Below, one piece after another: positions 12,130 through 24,863 of a stretch of 64,000 nucleotides of DNA (position 1 is its first letter; every line of letters starts with the position of its first letter). Source of the stretch: Antedon mediterranea. Taxonomy: Eukaryota; Animalia; Echinodermata. The stretch covers positions 15,190,001-15,254,000 of the forward strand of contig NC_092672.1 of assembly GCF_964355755.1 (NCBI RefSeq), read 5' to 3'. The position numbers were made by a program, and so were the translations under genes. A model generated the notes under the pieces. It ran no database searches, was not told where the DNA came from, and saw only the letters and a program-made list of their open reading frames with translations.

Positions 12130-13749
12130 CAGTGGTGGCGCCAGCGGGGGGGCTACGGGGGCTCTAGCCCCCTCGTCGGGGAGCCTAGCCCCCCCGTCGG
12201 GGAACACGGGTACTTTTTGTCGGGGAATATAATATACAGTAAAAAACGTTCGCGTTCACTTCATACAGCTTCAGCGCCTAGAAAACCACGACGTTCCATT
12301 GACCGTGAGAGTACGTCAGAGGGCTATTATGCACTTTTATGCATTCATTATTGCCAGCGATCTAACTTACTACTAAACATTAGCTAGGTACGCACTTGTC
12401 TGGCGGTATCCCTTTGTACGAATCGTTCAACGTTGGGTCGAGACGCGTGATATCAAGTTCCATCCAGGGACCAAAATGTGTAATGTAGTTATTTTCCAGG
12501 CGAAGTTTACCGACGGTTACCGAAGGGAACACGGGTAATTTTTGTCGGGGAATATAATATACAGTAAAAAGCGCGCGTTCGCGTTCACTTCGTAGCTAGC
12601 TTCAGCGCCTAGAAAACCGCGACGTTTCATTGACCGTGAGAGTACGTCAGAGTGATATTATGTACTTTGTATGCATTTATTATTGCCAGCGATCTAACTT
12701 ACTACTAAACAATAGTTAGGTACGCACTTGTCTGGCGGTATCCCTTTGTACGAATCGTTCAACGTTGGGTCGAGACGCGTGATATCATGTTCCATCAGGG
12801 GACCAAAATGTGTACTGTATGTAGTTACTTTCCAGGCGAAGTTTACCGACGGTTACGTCGTGTACTGTGTCGACGTACGCTACACTACAGCAAAAACGAA
12901 TTAAGTTAATTGTTCGTATGTTCACCAATTTTTTAATTTATAAGTAACCTTCTGTACCGTGGGGCACCTAAAATAAATTTTTCATCAATTACTAAACAAA
13001 ACAAACGTGCCATTTTCGCTTAGCCAACATCTTATTATTGCTAAGTTATTACATTTTCAATGTCCTGTATGTCATGAATTTCTCACCACTCGGAAGTCCA
13101 GATGGTACGCACGCATACACTTGGGAGGAATAAACTTATTTTCGCGACTGAAAAAGGTCTACTTGCGTTTTTTAAGCCTCTATGCCTGATGTTTCCAAAG
13201 TATAAAATGCAATTTTTTGAAGACCTGCAGTTCTAGTTTTAAACATTTTCTTATCTCAGCCCCAACAATAAAGCTGGTCATATTTCGAAGTACAAGAAGT
13301 GCATTTTCCGGGACCTAACATCTCTATTTTTCAAACATTTCTTAGCTCAGTCACAACCATGATAGGGACTTATATATTTTGTTTCATGTTTTGAAGTATA
13401 ATAAGTCCAATTTCCGGGACCTCCACCTCTATTTTTCTAAATTTTCTTTGAACATTTATTTTTTTAATTGAAAAATATGGATTGAAACAGTCATCGCGCA
13501 TCGTTTTTTTGCACGCAGTATTTTATTTATGCATTATAAAAAATGGAAAAAATGGCTACCCTAAATCTGATTAAAATGACCTCAAATGACGCTAGAACGC
13601 GTTGCTTCCGGGGGCTTCGCCCCCTGGACCCCCACCGGGGGCCCTTGGCGGCCCCCTGGCCCCTAGCCTAGTGATGCTCGCTTCGCTCGCATAGCCCCCT
13701 CGTCGGGGAATGTAGCCCCCGCGTCGGCAAGATCCTGGCGCCACCCCTG
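12130..13749. mobile_element. Non-autonomous hAT element nested in an older CAG..CTG-type MITE end (which ends at 13784)
   Basis: TIRs CAGTGGTGGCGCCAG and CTGGCGCCACCCCTG; 8-bp TSD TCAGGAGG (12122-12129, 13750-13757). Subterminal TAGCCCCC repeats at both ends. Confidence 0.9.
12201..12857. repeat. ~325-bp tandem duplication inside the hAT element
   Basis: GGGAACACGGGTA..TTTTTGTCGGGGAATATAATATACAG starts at 12201 and 12526, and both units end in GAAGTTTACCGACGGTTAC. A related diverged segment lies at about 9880-9985. Confidence 0.9.
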
Positions 13750-14339
13750 TCAGGAGGGGCCTGGCCCCCCCGGATACGCCACTGTTTGACACCTTATAAA
13801 TGCGTGTTTTTTTTTATATAAAAGGTGAATCTAGGTGAGCAAAAACATGTAGCACAATGTGTAATTCGACGCCAGCCCTCCTGCAGGCTTTTTGCTTAAA
13901 ACAGGGAGTTCTTTAATTCAAACAATCTTATATACCAATACAATGTACATAACTTTTTATTGAATCTAAATTGAAATATTTACTTGATCAAATGTAATCA
14001 GGGAAGATTAATTTAGGTGATAAGTATAAAAATGATACATTGTTAGTACTTAATTACCTGGGCTTAATTGAATTGTAATACTATACTAACAGTAAAATGA
14101 ATTTTTCTTAATTTATATGTTCTCTTACGTAAATAAAAGACACAAACGTATGTTTTCTCTATAAAAATATATTACATTTTAATGAACAAACAAATACATA
14201 TGCCTAATTAAATGATGTTTCCAATCAATAGTCATTTTTATTGGCACACATTTCTCCGAGACCTGTAAAATAAATAAAAAAACAGTTTAAATATAAAAAT
14301 ATTCACACAGCAAAAGCATACCTTTGCACCATCAAATCG

Positions 14340-14490
14340 GTAAGTAAGCCAATGAGTACGAGTAAGCCAAAAAATGGGTACTATTAAATCAAATAATGGG
14401 TACGAGTAAGCCAAATAATGGGTTCAAGTATAAGCCAAGTACTTAGGAGGTACGAGTTTGCATGGGTACGAGTTGATTTGGGTACGGGCT
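14340..14490. repeat. Cluster of short GGGTACGAGT(AAGCC/TGA) repeats, typical of MITE subterminal arrays
   Basis: Multiple degenerate copies of gtacgagt and gtaagcca. Confidence 0.55.
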
Positions 14491-14969
14491 ATGTAAATGA
14501 TGTATCACATAGCCTAGCTATTTGGCACACAAAAAACCCACAACCACATTGCCGACAATAATAAAATATGAAAAATCTGATACATTAGAAAATTGATAAC
14601 ATTTTTTAGAAATTATATTTTGTTGGTCTTGTGTTTAAAATGCAATATACTAATTTGAAATATCATGGATTTTAACTTACACTATTAGCTATTTATAATT
14701 TTTGTTAGATTTTTGGTAGTCAATTTTTCATTGAAGATAAAAAAATATTTCTTATATGTCCTAAAATTAATCTTTAATTTGAGACCAAATTTAATTATTT
14801 TAATTTGATTTGAAAAAAATGCCTCTGCATTGTGGAATTGCCCATATACAGTTTTAGTTATATCATTAGCACATTTATATTACACTTTAACAAAAATCAT
14901 AAATATGACATTGTTCAATCAGTAGTGGATTAGAAACAAATACTAAATCTAAGAAGTGCTAAACCACTC

Positions 14970-16000
14970 TAACCACAATACCTCAAGTATATTATGATTT
15001 AGTTCATGACACTCAGATGGCTGTAATGGTGTTTTTACAGCAATCAGTACTCTCCGACCATGTGAGTTTCTATCATTTATCCAAAAAACTAAACAATCGT
15101 TAAGTTAGTTGACTATCATAATTGGAATTGTCAAACCATGTTTCTATCATAGATATAATGTCATTTCATTCGTGCTCATTTACCACCATTAAGTTTGTGT
15201 CGGCTATATCTTCTTTGCCACTTTCGAATGTTTTGAGCTTCGCATAGCTTTAGTTTATGTCCACTCTCCTTGCATTTCCAGCAAGTAACTGGACCTCCAT
15301 GTCGACACACTCTATGTGTATGCACACTTTCCCTATAGTAAGTGACATCAAACATTCACTGATTTTGTGCCAACTTGTTTCTTGACAGAGTGTGTTCTAT
15401 AAAACAATTTCCATAAACTGATTTCAGCATCTTATTTGCACTCTCATATTTATTTCTGGATCATCCAACGTGGGCAAATACGTAGTGTCTTCACTGTTGT
15501 GTCACACGTCAGACCTTAGTCTGGACTAATTTCAACATTGAGTCACCCATTATTAGATTTCTTTTATTATGTATGGTGATATCAGACTGAAGGTTTTCAG
15601 CTGCATGAGTTTTTTCAGAAGCTAAGCTGGAGACTTAAATAACTCATTTTTGTATGCAAAGTATTAAAAGAGTTGTGTAGTGCTCCTTAAATAATGATGC
15701 AAGCTGAACGAAATTTGAGTTAACATCTTGGTACTCTTGCAACTTCTTTAGATTCAGCAATTTTGACCTCACAGCTTTTAATCTTGTTCTTCAGTGATTT
15801 GATCCCAACTAATCGGTGTCTCACTGTATACCAATATTAAATGTTGTAGTTTTTGTAGTCTGAGTTACAGAATCGCTGTATTTTGGCGGATCACAGGCAG
15901 TTTAAGTACCTTCCCTGCCCCAAAAATAGGGGTGTATTGTGTATCAAATTGGTGTATAGTGTTTGACCAATTTGGTTGACCCAGAACAGACTGGTGGCAT
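14970..16000 (-). mobile_element. Degraded CR1/L2-type LINE 5' portion (esterase ORF1 plus endonuclease start)
   Basis: Minus strand reads LIMGDSMLK at about 15530-15557, the same SGNH motif as the 56782 ORF, then SMIETWFD near 15130-15153. Confidence 0.65.
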
Positions 16001-16149
16001 TTTGGTTGTTCCACTTTAACTACAGGAATTCATAACGTAGCCATTTCTATTTGTTGTTTTTTTGTAGGCCTACTGTATTTTTATTCATACCATAAAGTAA
16101 ATCTATTTGAACATTATAATTATTGGGTTATGCATTATCATATATTAGT

Positions 16150-17100
16150 ATATATTATTCCTTATTGCCAGAAATCGATGTGGTTATCTTTTCACCGTGC
16201 GCAATCAAAAATTAAGCGGTCTGCCCACGATTTAACGAAATCACGTTTGTAATCATATCTTCACAATCATGTATTATAATTAAACCAAATTTGGTACTCA
16301 TAAATTTCCGGTCATATTTCATAATATGGCAATACAATTACAAGTGTAGCGCATATATCGCATGCATACGGATGCTTACAATTTTCAAAATTATAAACAT
16401 TTATTTTCAAGAGTACGTTTAAGAAAAAATTTCCATAAGTGTACAGATTTTTGCGCGTTAAATGTTAATACGCACTCTTTTTGCCAGATTTCTGTTTTAC
16501 AACCTTTCTTTAATAATATCATAAACTGAATCACTTTTCAACTCGAAATTGCGTTATACGAGCATGTCAAACGTGACAGGCTACACACATGTAAGTTAAC
16601 AAAATGGTGAAAATATGCTAAATTTTAAAATTAATATAGATCGACACAATGCTCGGAACACTTATTTTTCATTTTATTTTCTTGAAGTGTATGTATCATA
16701 TGTATGATTTATTATGAAATTAAGAGAACAAAAGTTGATTATATTCATCATTAATAAAAACAATGATGAATTCACGGAGGAATCTTTCAACAACTTTTAG
16801 TCATTCTCGGTGGTCTGTGCTCGTGTCTATGGCATAGGTACCGAGATTGAGTCTCACCTAGATTTTTGTTATTATCCGTATTGTTTGTTCAAATAAAAAG
16901 TAACTATGTCTTCATTCAATATTATGTACCAAATGTGGTTTATGACATTATACGCAAAGGGATCTTTGATCGGATTGAGATACCGGCTATTGTATTTGCG
17001 TTAGCAAGATCCTATCATATATTATAAATAATTAAAGGTTCTGAGAAAATCAATCAATCAATATATCTTTTAAAAATCATTTATCGTTATTTAAATCAAT
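16150..17100 (+). mobile_element. Degenerate Helentron/HINE-family repeat
   Basis: 16155-16600 is homologous to 54226-54670 and to the reverse complement of 47460-47825. 16940-17040 is homologous to the reverse complement of 44900-45005. Confidence 0.65.
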
Positions 17101-17742
17101 GCATATAACCTATAATTCGTCGTAGTGATGAATTAAATATAGTTATATTGTGTTTTTGTACAGTAATTTTATTTTGTTCCATTGCAGCAGTTGTAACTTG
17201 TATTATAAAAGTCAAATTCTAATAACAACGTAAAAAGAATATATAAGAATCAATTACATTATTTCAAGTATCAAAATCACTATATTTGTTTTTTTGTTAA
17301 CTCATTTCTTCTAGATGTTTTATGGAAAAATGTTTTTGTTTGGTTTTTAAAGGTCTGGTTGTTTGTATTTCAAAAAATTTTACAAACGTTAATAACACGT
17401 TTTAAAGATATTTTGATACGTCTTAAGATAATTTGTTGAATGATGTTTTATGAACGTTTTCTATGAGACGTTTTGGTTTAGTTTTTAAAAGTCTGTTTTT
17501 AATGATTTTTAATGGCGTTTACAAAACTTTTCTATAAAATGTTTTTTTATAAATAAACAGCTACTGTGCTGGCCTAAGAAAAGTATCATAAACTATGAAA
17601 AACCACACTAAAGTACCATATGCAAAATAACTGACATACTCCTGTTCAGTATAAATTCATCTTACACAGATATAAAATATATGTCACCCTGATCATAAGT
17701 CTTTAGTATGTAATTAGATAATTTAGAGCAAAGTTAACATGA

Positions 17743-17847
17743 CATTTTGACACTGGACGGCCCAGGGAATTAAACTACTAATTTCACCCCGTCATTTTGA
17801 CACTGGACGGCCCAGGGAATTAAACTACTAATTTCACCCCGTCATTT
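17743..17847. repeat. Perfect 50-bp tandem duplication
   Basis: CATTTTGACACTGGACGGCCCAGGGAATTAAACTACTAATTTCACCCCGT x2, plus CATTT. Confidence 0.95.
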
Positions 17848-19759
17848 CCCACGCTTGTGCTACCAAATCCTAGGAAATATACCCCATAAATGTTGCACCT
17901 AACCTTATTTTCCAACACTTACCAGGCACACTAAAATATACCCCATAAATGCGACACGTCCCCCCCCCCCCCCAATCCGGGACTATATACGAATGCGAGT
18001 GATTCAATAGGTATATACATTAAGTCATGTTTAATAATAAGATTTTTATTCAAGTTAATCAATATTGTAAACAATTGATTGTATTTATTTAGCTCTGTTT
18101 AATTAACTAATCAAGTCTGTATAACATTAATTATGAGTATAAAGAGGTTTAAAGCAAAGCTAGTCAGCTAGATTTTGTTTATTCGCTATTTGAAAATCTG
18201 TTTAGCTTACTGGCTTGAAGTATTTAGCACTTAACTATCCATTAGACATTACTATGCTCTTCAAAACCTTTTTAATCACAGACCATTAAATCACACTGGC
18301 TAAGGCTTTGAAAATCTCAGGGTAAGACACACTAATGTGCGCTATATTTCACACTGACATTAATGGCATTCTGTTGGTCTCCAGTGTATATCGTCTCAAG
18401 AACAATTCCGTAAACTTCAAAACCGGGAAGGCGAATCCCTAAACACATCATAGAAACAAGTCTGTTTTATTATTGAAAGAAAATGTCAACAAGATTTAGA
18501 TTGGCTTTTTAAATGCTTGAAAGTTCTTGCCATTTAATTTACGTACATTCATTTCTAATATTTTGATTGCATGTTACAAGTAAACAAATAAATTTCTAAT
18601 TTATTTTAAGCTATGATCATGTTATACTATAGTATTGCTGCTCGCCTTTTTCACATAACAGTTTTAATTATTGTTCTTTCTTTATTAAATAATCCTTTTA
18701 TTTGATATTCTATTTGATATATTAAGAAGCAATGATTTATTATTATTATTATTATTATTATTTTATTTTTGTTTACTAATCAGTAAACATGAAAAATAAT
18801 AATAAAACATATTTTGAATAGGCCATATTGCAATTTTAATAAAGTTATTTACGTCTAGAAAAAATTTTAATGTAGTGGAGTGCGAATGAAGCTTTGGGGT
18901 GTACGCATGCCCAGTCCGAGTTTACAAATTCCCATTTAGACTCTCTTCCCAGACATTTTTGTAGTGTGCCTATGCCCAGGGTTTACAAATTCCAATTTTG
19001 TCAGCCTTATTAAACTATAAGCTTCCCTTTGTAACTGTTTCCTAATGGAGTTTCTAACTTTTTGTTTAACAATTAGACTATAATTACATATTTTGTGAAC
19101 CTTTCTCATTAAATCAATAATCACAAAAAGATCAGATTATTTGAAAATTAAATTCTTATTTTTTTAATTTGTTTTTCATTTGTTTATCTGTTACAGAATA
19201 TTTGCCTCTTATATAGTAAGTTATTATATAGTAAGTATTAGGTCAAAAGACAAATAAAAAGTAACATGTATTTCTCTTGTAATAAAGTACAATAATTTGA
19301 AGACACTATCCCTACAATCCCTACAAAAAAAATAATATTATTACTTTAAAAACATAAAACCAGGGAATTTCTTGTCTTAAATGTACGTTTTATGGTAAAT
19401 TATGATAAAAAGAGAAAAACAATGCACTACCTAAGTAGCTCGCGTTAAACACCTCGTGGACGGTCCTTCTAGGCTTAGTTTTTTAGGCCTAGCTGGTAAA
19501 AATTATCACAATCTGCCCATACAATATTTAACTTTACTTAAAATGCAGTTTGTGACCTTAAATTAGATCGAAAAAATGTAGAGAACGTAGCTTTGATCCA
19601 GAGATTCTCTATTCTTTTATTTGGCATTAAACAAGAACAAATAGCAAGATGTTTAGTCTCCACAATTATTGTTTAATTAATTTTTGCTTTGTTTTTTTCT
19701 TGTTTCATGGGTAATTAGACCTATCCTCGATTTACACAGTTTGGATAGGGAAAAGACGG

Positions 19760-19960
19760 AGCCATTTTTTGTGGTTCTTCCTCAACAGCCTTCCTCCTTT
19801 ATCGCATATGAGCCAGGTTTGTTCCAAATATATTGACTCTTTTTCTGACTGCTTCTGTTTTTAGCCAGCTCCTCCTAAGTGTTAATTTCTGTGTCCTTTA
19901 GGTGTGCATTTACTGTATCCTTGTATTTCTTTGATATGCCGATTTAATCCAGTGTGAAAT
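19760..19960 (-). mobile_element. Possible RTE-clade LINE 3' fragment
   Basis: Minus translation includes KKYKDTVNAHLK and EELAKNR, resembling the RTE ORF C-terminus. Confidence 0.4.
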
Positions 19961-20751
19961 AACACTACTTTGTACTTTCATAAAGATTAATAAAAAAAAT
20001 AATAAATAAGTTAGTAGACTACCTACTTCTGTCATAATTTATTAATATGAAAAAAACTATTGTAGAAATTTGAAATAAAGTATTATAAGCACAGATAATC
20101 TAATTTATTTACAAAATATTATAATATTGTACTGTTACTCATCTATTTAATACCAATTGATGTATAGTTTAGTTTTGTATAGTGCTGCTTATGATTATAC
20201 TTTATTATTTGAGAATGTTTTTAAACAATTCAGTGTTTCACTTTGAAATTGTTAAATAAAGAAATACTACTCTCTACAACACCACTTACAATCAAATCTT
20301 GAATCACTTCTCAGAAATTATACCACCGAAACACTTTTTTAAATTTTTCATGAATCAGCGCTAAAACACTGTGTGATATGTTAATTCATTAGTTAACTTA
20401 ATACATTCATATTCATATGATTTATAGTCATCCATTACAATAAGAAAAAACTCACATAAAGGAATGAAGTTTTTATGAAATCAAAGATCATTTTTAGTTT
20501 GAGATGTGAAATTTGCGTAACAACCCATATCCATGAAATATCAATAAAATGTTTTTAGAAGAAGCACTATCTGTTAAAGTCAATTACACTTTAACAAAAA
20601 GCATTCTTCATTCTTGAATTCTAAAAAGAATGTTGTGTACAGTATTATACTAATAAGTCACAAATTGATTTGAACAAAGTAGATATATCTTATAAAATCC
20701 AATTTTTTCAATAGAAATTTTAGAATATTTGTGTTTTTTTTATTCTGTAAA

Positions 20752-22856
20752 TATTATACAGATATTGCCTGCTTTGAGGTAAAATATAAGATTTGACATC
20801 CTCAAGGGAATGGTATTTTGCTTGAGAGAATATATATTTCCCAAAGCGCTAGCTGAGGGAAATATAATTCTCGAGAGCATAATATCTGTTATATTATATA
20901 GCCAACATCAAGTAGAATATCTACTGGGTCGGGTAGGTACGCCTCGACCTTCAAGCCTCTTTTCCTGTCGATGTTAGTCGACGCAATCATCGTTAATTGT
21001 TCGAGTTGAAACTCCTGTCTTCTTTTGCAACTTCGTCGTAACGCTAAAAATGAATAGAGGACTCCCATGCCTCTCAAAGTGTAGGAGACGTAGGCCTAGG
21101 CATACTACTATCTCTGTAATAATGATGGTTCTTTGTTCTCAATAGGCCTTACCCTAGTCCAAAATGCTAGACTAGACTGAAGACTTAGACCTACCTAATA
21201 TCCCCACGCCTACTTTCTGAAACATCATTTTATAGTCACTTTGACAAGGCTTGGCCTACCTTTGACCGCGCCACGATGCAACAAAAATAAATGTAGTCAG
21301 CAGAATTTTCCATAAATTTGTGACGTCATGTGCTGTATCGCCAATATGATTGGTCAGTTCTTACATTTTACGTTGCGATATCGCTAGTTGAACTGCATTC
21401 AACTCTTGCGATTGTCAACGATTGCGACTAGTAGCATTGTTTACCGTCAATTATTACACCTTTTCCTGTATATCACAGACGCCGACGATTTGTACCGTCG
21501 TCGTTGGTTAAAAATGTACCTTTTCATGTAAATCATTAAAATTTCAATGTTTACGTATGAGATCGCCGATTATTTTTAACAATAGCGTCGAATAACGTCA
21601 ACAGGAAAACAGGCTTTATGTAATAAGCCTGCATATAATTCGGCGTTGCATTCACCTTACCTTGCGAAGAATAATGTACAGATAATTACTATAATTAATG
21701 ATTCCTTGGCAATAAAATATTCACTTTGGCCTAGGTCGTTTAAATAATAACAAAAGAATTTCCAACATAAGCCTACAATAATAATAATAATATTATTGTT
21801 AACAGGTAGGCCGAATGAATAATTTGTCTTCTTCGAGTCGAATCACCCGATGTTCAGCGCGCCACGCATACCAGGTTACTACCGTTTGTGATTGGTCAAT
21901 ACTCACGGTAGTAACCTGGTATGCGCGGCGCGCTGAACATCCGGTGATTGATCGTGTGTAGAGAGGGCTAATAACAAATGATGGCGCTATGTATGCACAG
22001 TTTAAATAGTTTAGTTGATCAATTTTTTCAAGAAAGTTGTGTGGCTCAGAGGTTAAAATGTTGTCTCGTGAGGACTAATCTTCGCAAGTTCAAGTCTCAG
22101 TAGATGACTTTTGTTTATTTATCGCCAAACGCGAGTGTTTTGCCACACGAAAATGACACAGTCAATATCATCATACTCGAAAATTTACTGGATATTATAT
22201 GTTTAATGACAGGGACACGATAATTACCATAAAAATCAATATCATCGTACAATCCTCGCAACAGTAGTCATGTGATGCAGTTTCAACCATACACGTTCAC
22301 ATATTTACATAGGCTATGTAATATAATAATATATTATTGTGGTCAATACTCAAGGAGTCACCTGGTATGTGCGGCGCGCTGAACATCCGGTGATTCGGCT
22401 TATCGAAGAAGACGAATTATTATTTATTCGGCCTAGGCCTACCTGATTATTATTAATGTAGCCTATAGGCTTATTGATGGAAATTCTTCTGTTAATTTAA
22501 ACGACCTACTGTAGGCCTAAGTGAATATTTTATTGCCAAGGAATCATTAATTAGTAATTATCTGTATATTTAGCATCGCAAGGTATAGGTGTCTAGTTAG
22601 GCAGGCTTATTTACATACAATAAAGAAAAAGAGGCCTGCCTAGCTACCCGAACTAGCAGAGATATATTCTACTTGTTGTTGGCTATACAATAAAACAGAT
22701 ATCAACTTTTATATCGGTAAAATATAAGATTTGACAACCCTTGGGAATGATATTTTGTTCGAGGGTCGGGAAATATTTTCCCTCGAACAAAATATCATTC
22801 CCTCGGGAATGTCAAATCTTATATTTAACCTCTAAGCAAGCAATATCTGTATAATA
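20752..22856. mobile_element. 2.1-kb foldback (palindromic) non-autonomous element
   Basis: Termini TATTATACAGATATTGC and GCAATATCTGTATAATA. Inverted arms 20752-20940/22640-22856 and 21620-21890/22340-22612. Internal hairpin at 21841-21949. Confidence 0.85.
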
Positions 22857-23728
22857 CTAAACTGTATAAATCTTAGCAACATAAAATAAGCCTACAGAAC
22901 ATTTTAATTTAATTGTTGTGGTAAGATAGATATGTGCATGCTTCACAAACAATACTGACGACATTGGTTGATAATAAAAAAAAAATGGAATAACAAACTG
23001 ATATTTACATTGTAAACATATTCACTGTAACACATTTAACATTGCAGAAATGTAGCATATTATGCAAAATATATTGTTATTATTGCATTAAGTTATGTTA
23101 TTTTTACAATTTGTTTTTTCTAGTAATACCCTTTAAAGAAAACATTAATGCTTTTGAAGATATCATTTTAAAAACTACTGATATTTTGTACATTAATTAC
23201 ATCTTGAAAGGGCAAAATTTGTTAAAAACATTCAAACATGTTGATAATTTTGTGCCATGCAAATCTGGTGATTGTTGTCTGGTGTGTGGTGTGGATATCC
23301 TAACTCATCTTGTAAACGATTAGCAACAGAATACATGAGTATAGCAGTGGTGGCGCAAGACGAGGGTTTGAGGGTTGGAAGGGCAAGTGGGTAGCATATT
23401 TATTGGATTTTTTAACAACAATAAATTGCCTTCTCTTTTTTGGAGTTTATAAATTGACCTTTTCAACAGAATATGTATCAAACTAAATGGCATCAACATT
23501 TGCTTGAATGCTAGAGCTCACTTCCCATCAGGGACTTTAGCTGGCAGTACAGACAGATTGGTTTTGTTTTTTTCAATGGAGGATGCATTTTTAGGATTTA
23601 TGCTATGCACAGATATTTAAGATAATGTGCAACCTTGTAAAAGAAAAATAGGTAATAAAAAAGAAAACTATAAATTTAAAATATATATAACCTAGAGATA
23701 CTATGTTCAATAGAACATAAACCCAGTG

Positions 23729-24863
23729 AGAGCATAGAATACAGTAGTTCACTATATCTCTATGGTCAGAGCATAGAATACAGTAGTTCACTATATCTCT
23801 ATGGTCAGAGCATAGAATACAGTAGTTCACTATATCTCTATGGTCAGAGCATAGAATACAGTAGTTCACTATATCTCTATGGTCAGAGCATAGAATACAG
23901 TAGTTCACTATATCTCTATGGTCAGAGCATAGAATACAGTAGTTCACTATATCTCTATGGTCAGAGCATAGAATACAGTAGTTCACTATATCTCTATGGT
24001 CAGAGCATAGAATACAGTAGTTCACTATATCTCTATGGTCAGAGCATAGAATACAGTAGTTCACTATATCTCTATGGTCAGAGCATAGAATACAGTAGTT
24101 CACTATATCTCTATGGTCAGAGCATAGAATACAGTAGTTCACTATATCTCTATGGTCAGAGCATAGAATACAGTAGTTCACTATATCTCTATGGTCAGAG
24201 CATAGAATACAGTAGTTCACTATATCTCTATGGTCAGAGCATAGAATACAGTAGTTCACTATATCTCTATGGTCAGAGCATAGAATACAGTAGTTCACTA
24301 TATCTCTATGGTCAGAGCATAGAATACAGTAGTTCACTATATCTCTATGGTCAGAGCATAGAATACAGTAGTTCACTATATCTCTATGGTCAGAGCATAG
24401 AATACAGTAGTTCACTATATCTCTATGGTCAGAGCATAGAATACAGTAGTTCACTATATCTCTATGGTCAGAGCATAGAATACAGTAGTTCACTATATCT
24501 CTATGGTCAGAGCATAGAATACAGTAGTTCACTATATCTCTATGGTCAGAGCATAGAATACAGTAGTTCACTATATCTCTATGGTCAGAGCATAGAATAC
24601 AGTAGTTCACTATATCTCTATGGTCAGAGCATAGAATACAGTAGTTCACTATATCTCTATGGTCAGAGCATAGAATACAGTAGTTCACTATATCTCTATG
24701 GTCAGAGCATAGAATACAGTAGTTCACTATATCTCTATGGTCAGAGCATAGAATACAGTAGTTCACTATATCTCTATGGTCAGAGCATAGAATACAGTAG
24801 TTCACTATATCTCTATGGTCAGAGCATAGAATACAGTAGTTCACTATATCTCTATGGTCAGAG
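23729..24863. repeat. Minisatellite of 29 apparently identical 39-bp units
   Basis: Unit AGAGCATAGAATACAGTAGTTCACTATATCTCTATGGTC; 23729-24859 = 1131 bp = 29 x 39. It translates to SDHRDIVNYCILC repeats on the minus strand. Confidence 0.97.

Noticed and set aside
13592-13792. Gly/Pro-rich ORFs here and at 12047-12232 (collagen-like)
   Set aside because: They are translations of GC-rich MITE terminal sequence.
22035-22110. tRNA gene (also the tRNA-like segments near 16810, 42403 and 45120)
   Set aside because: Only A/B-box-like remnants with no intact cloverleaf; treated as SINE-like decay.
23729-24863. CRISPR array
   Set aside because: The units are identical with no unique spacers, there are no cas genes, and the context is eukaryotic.
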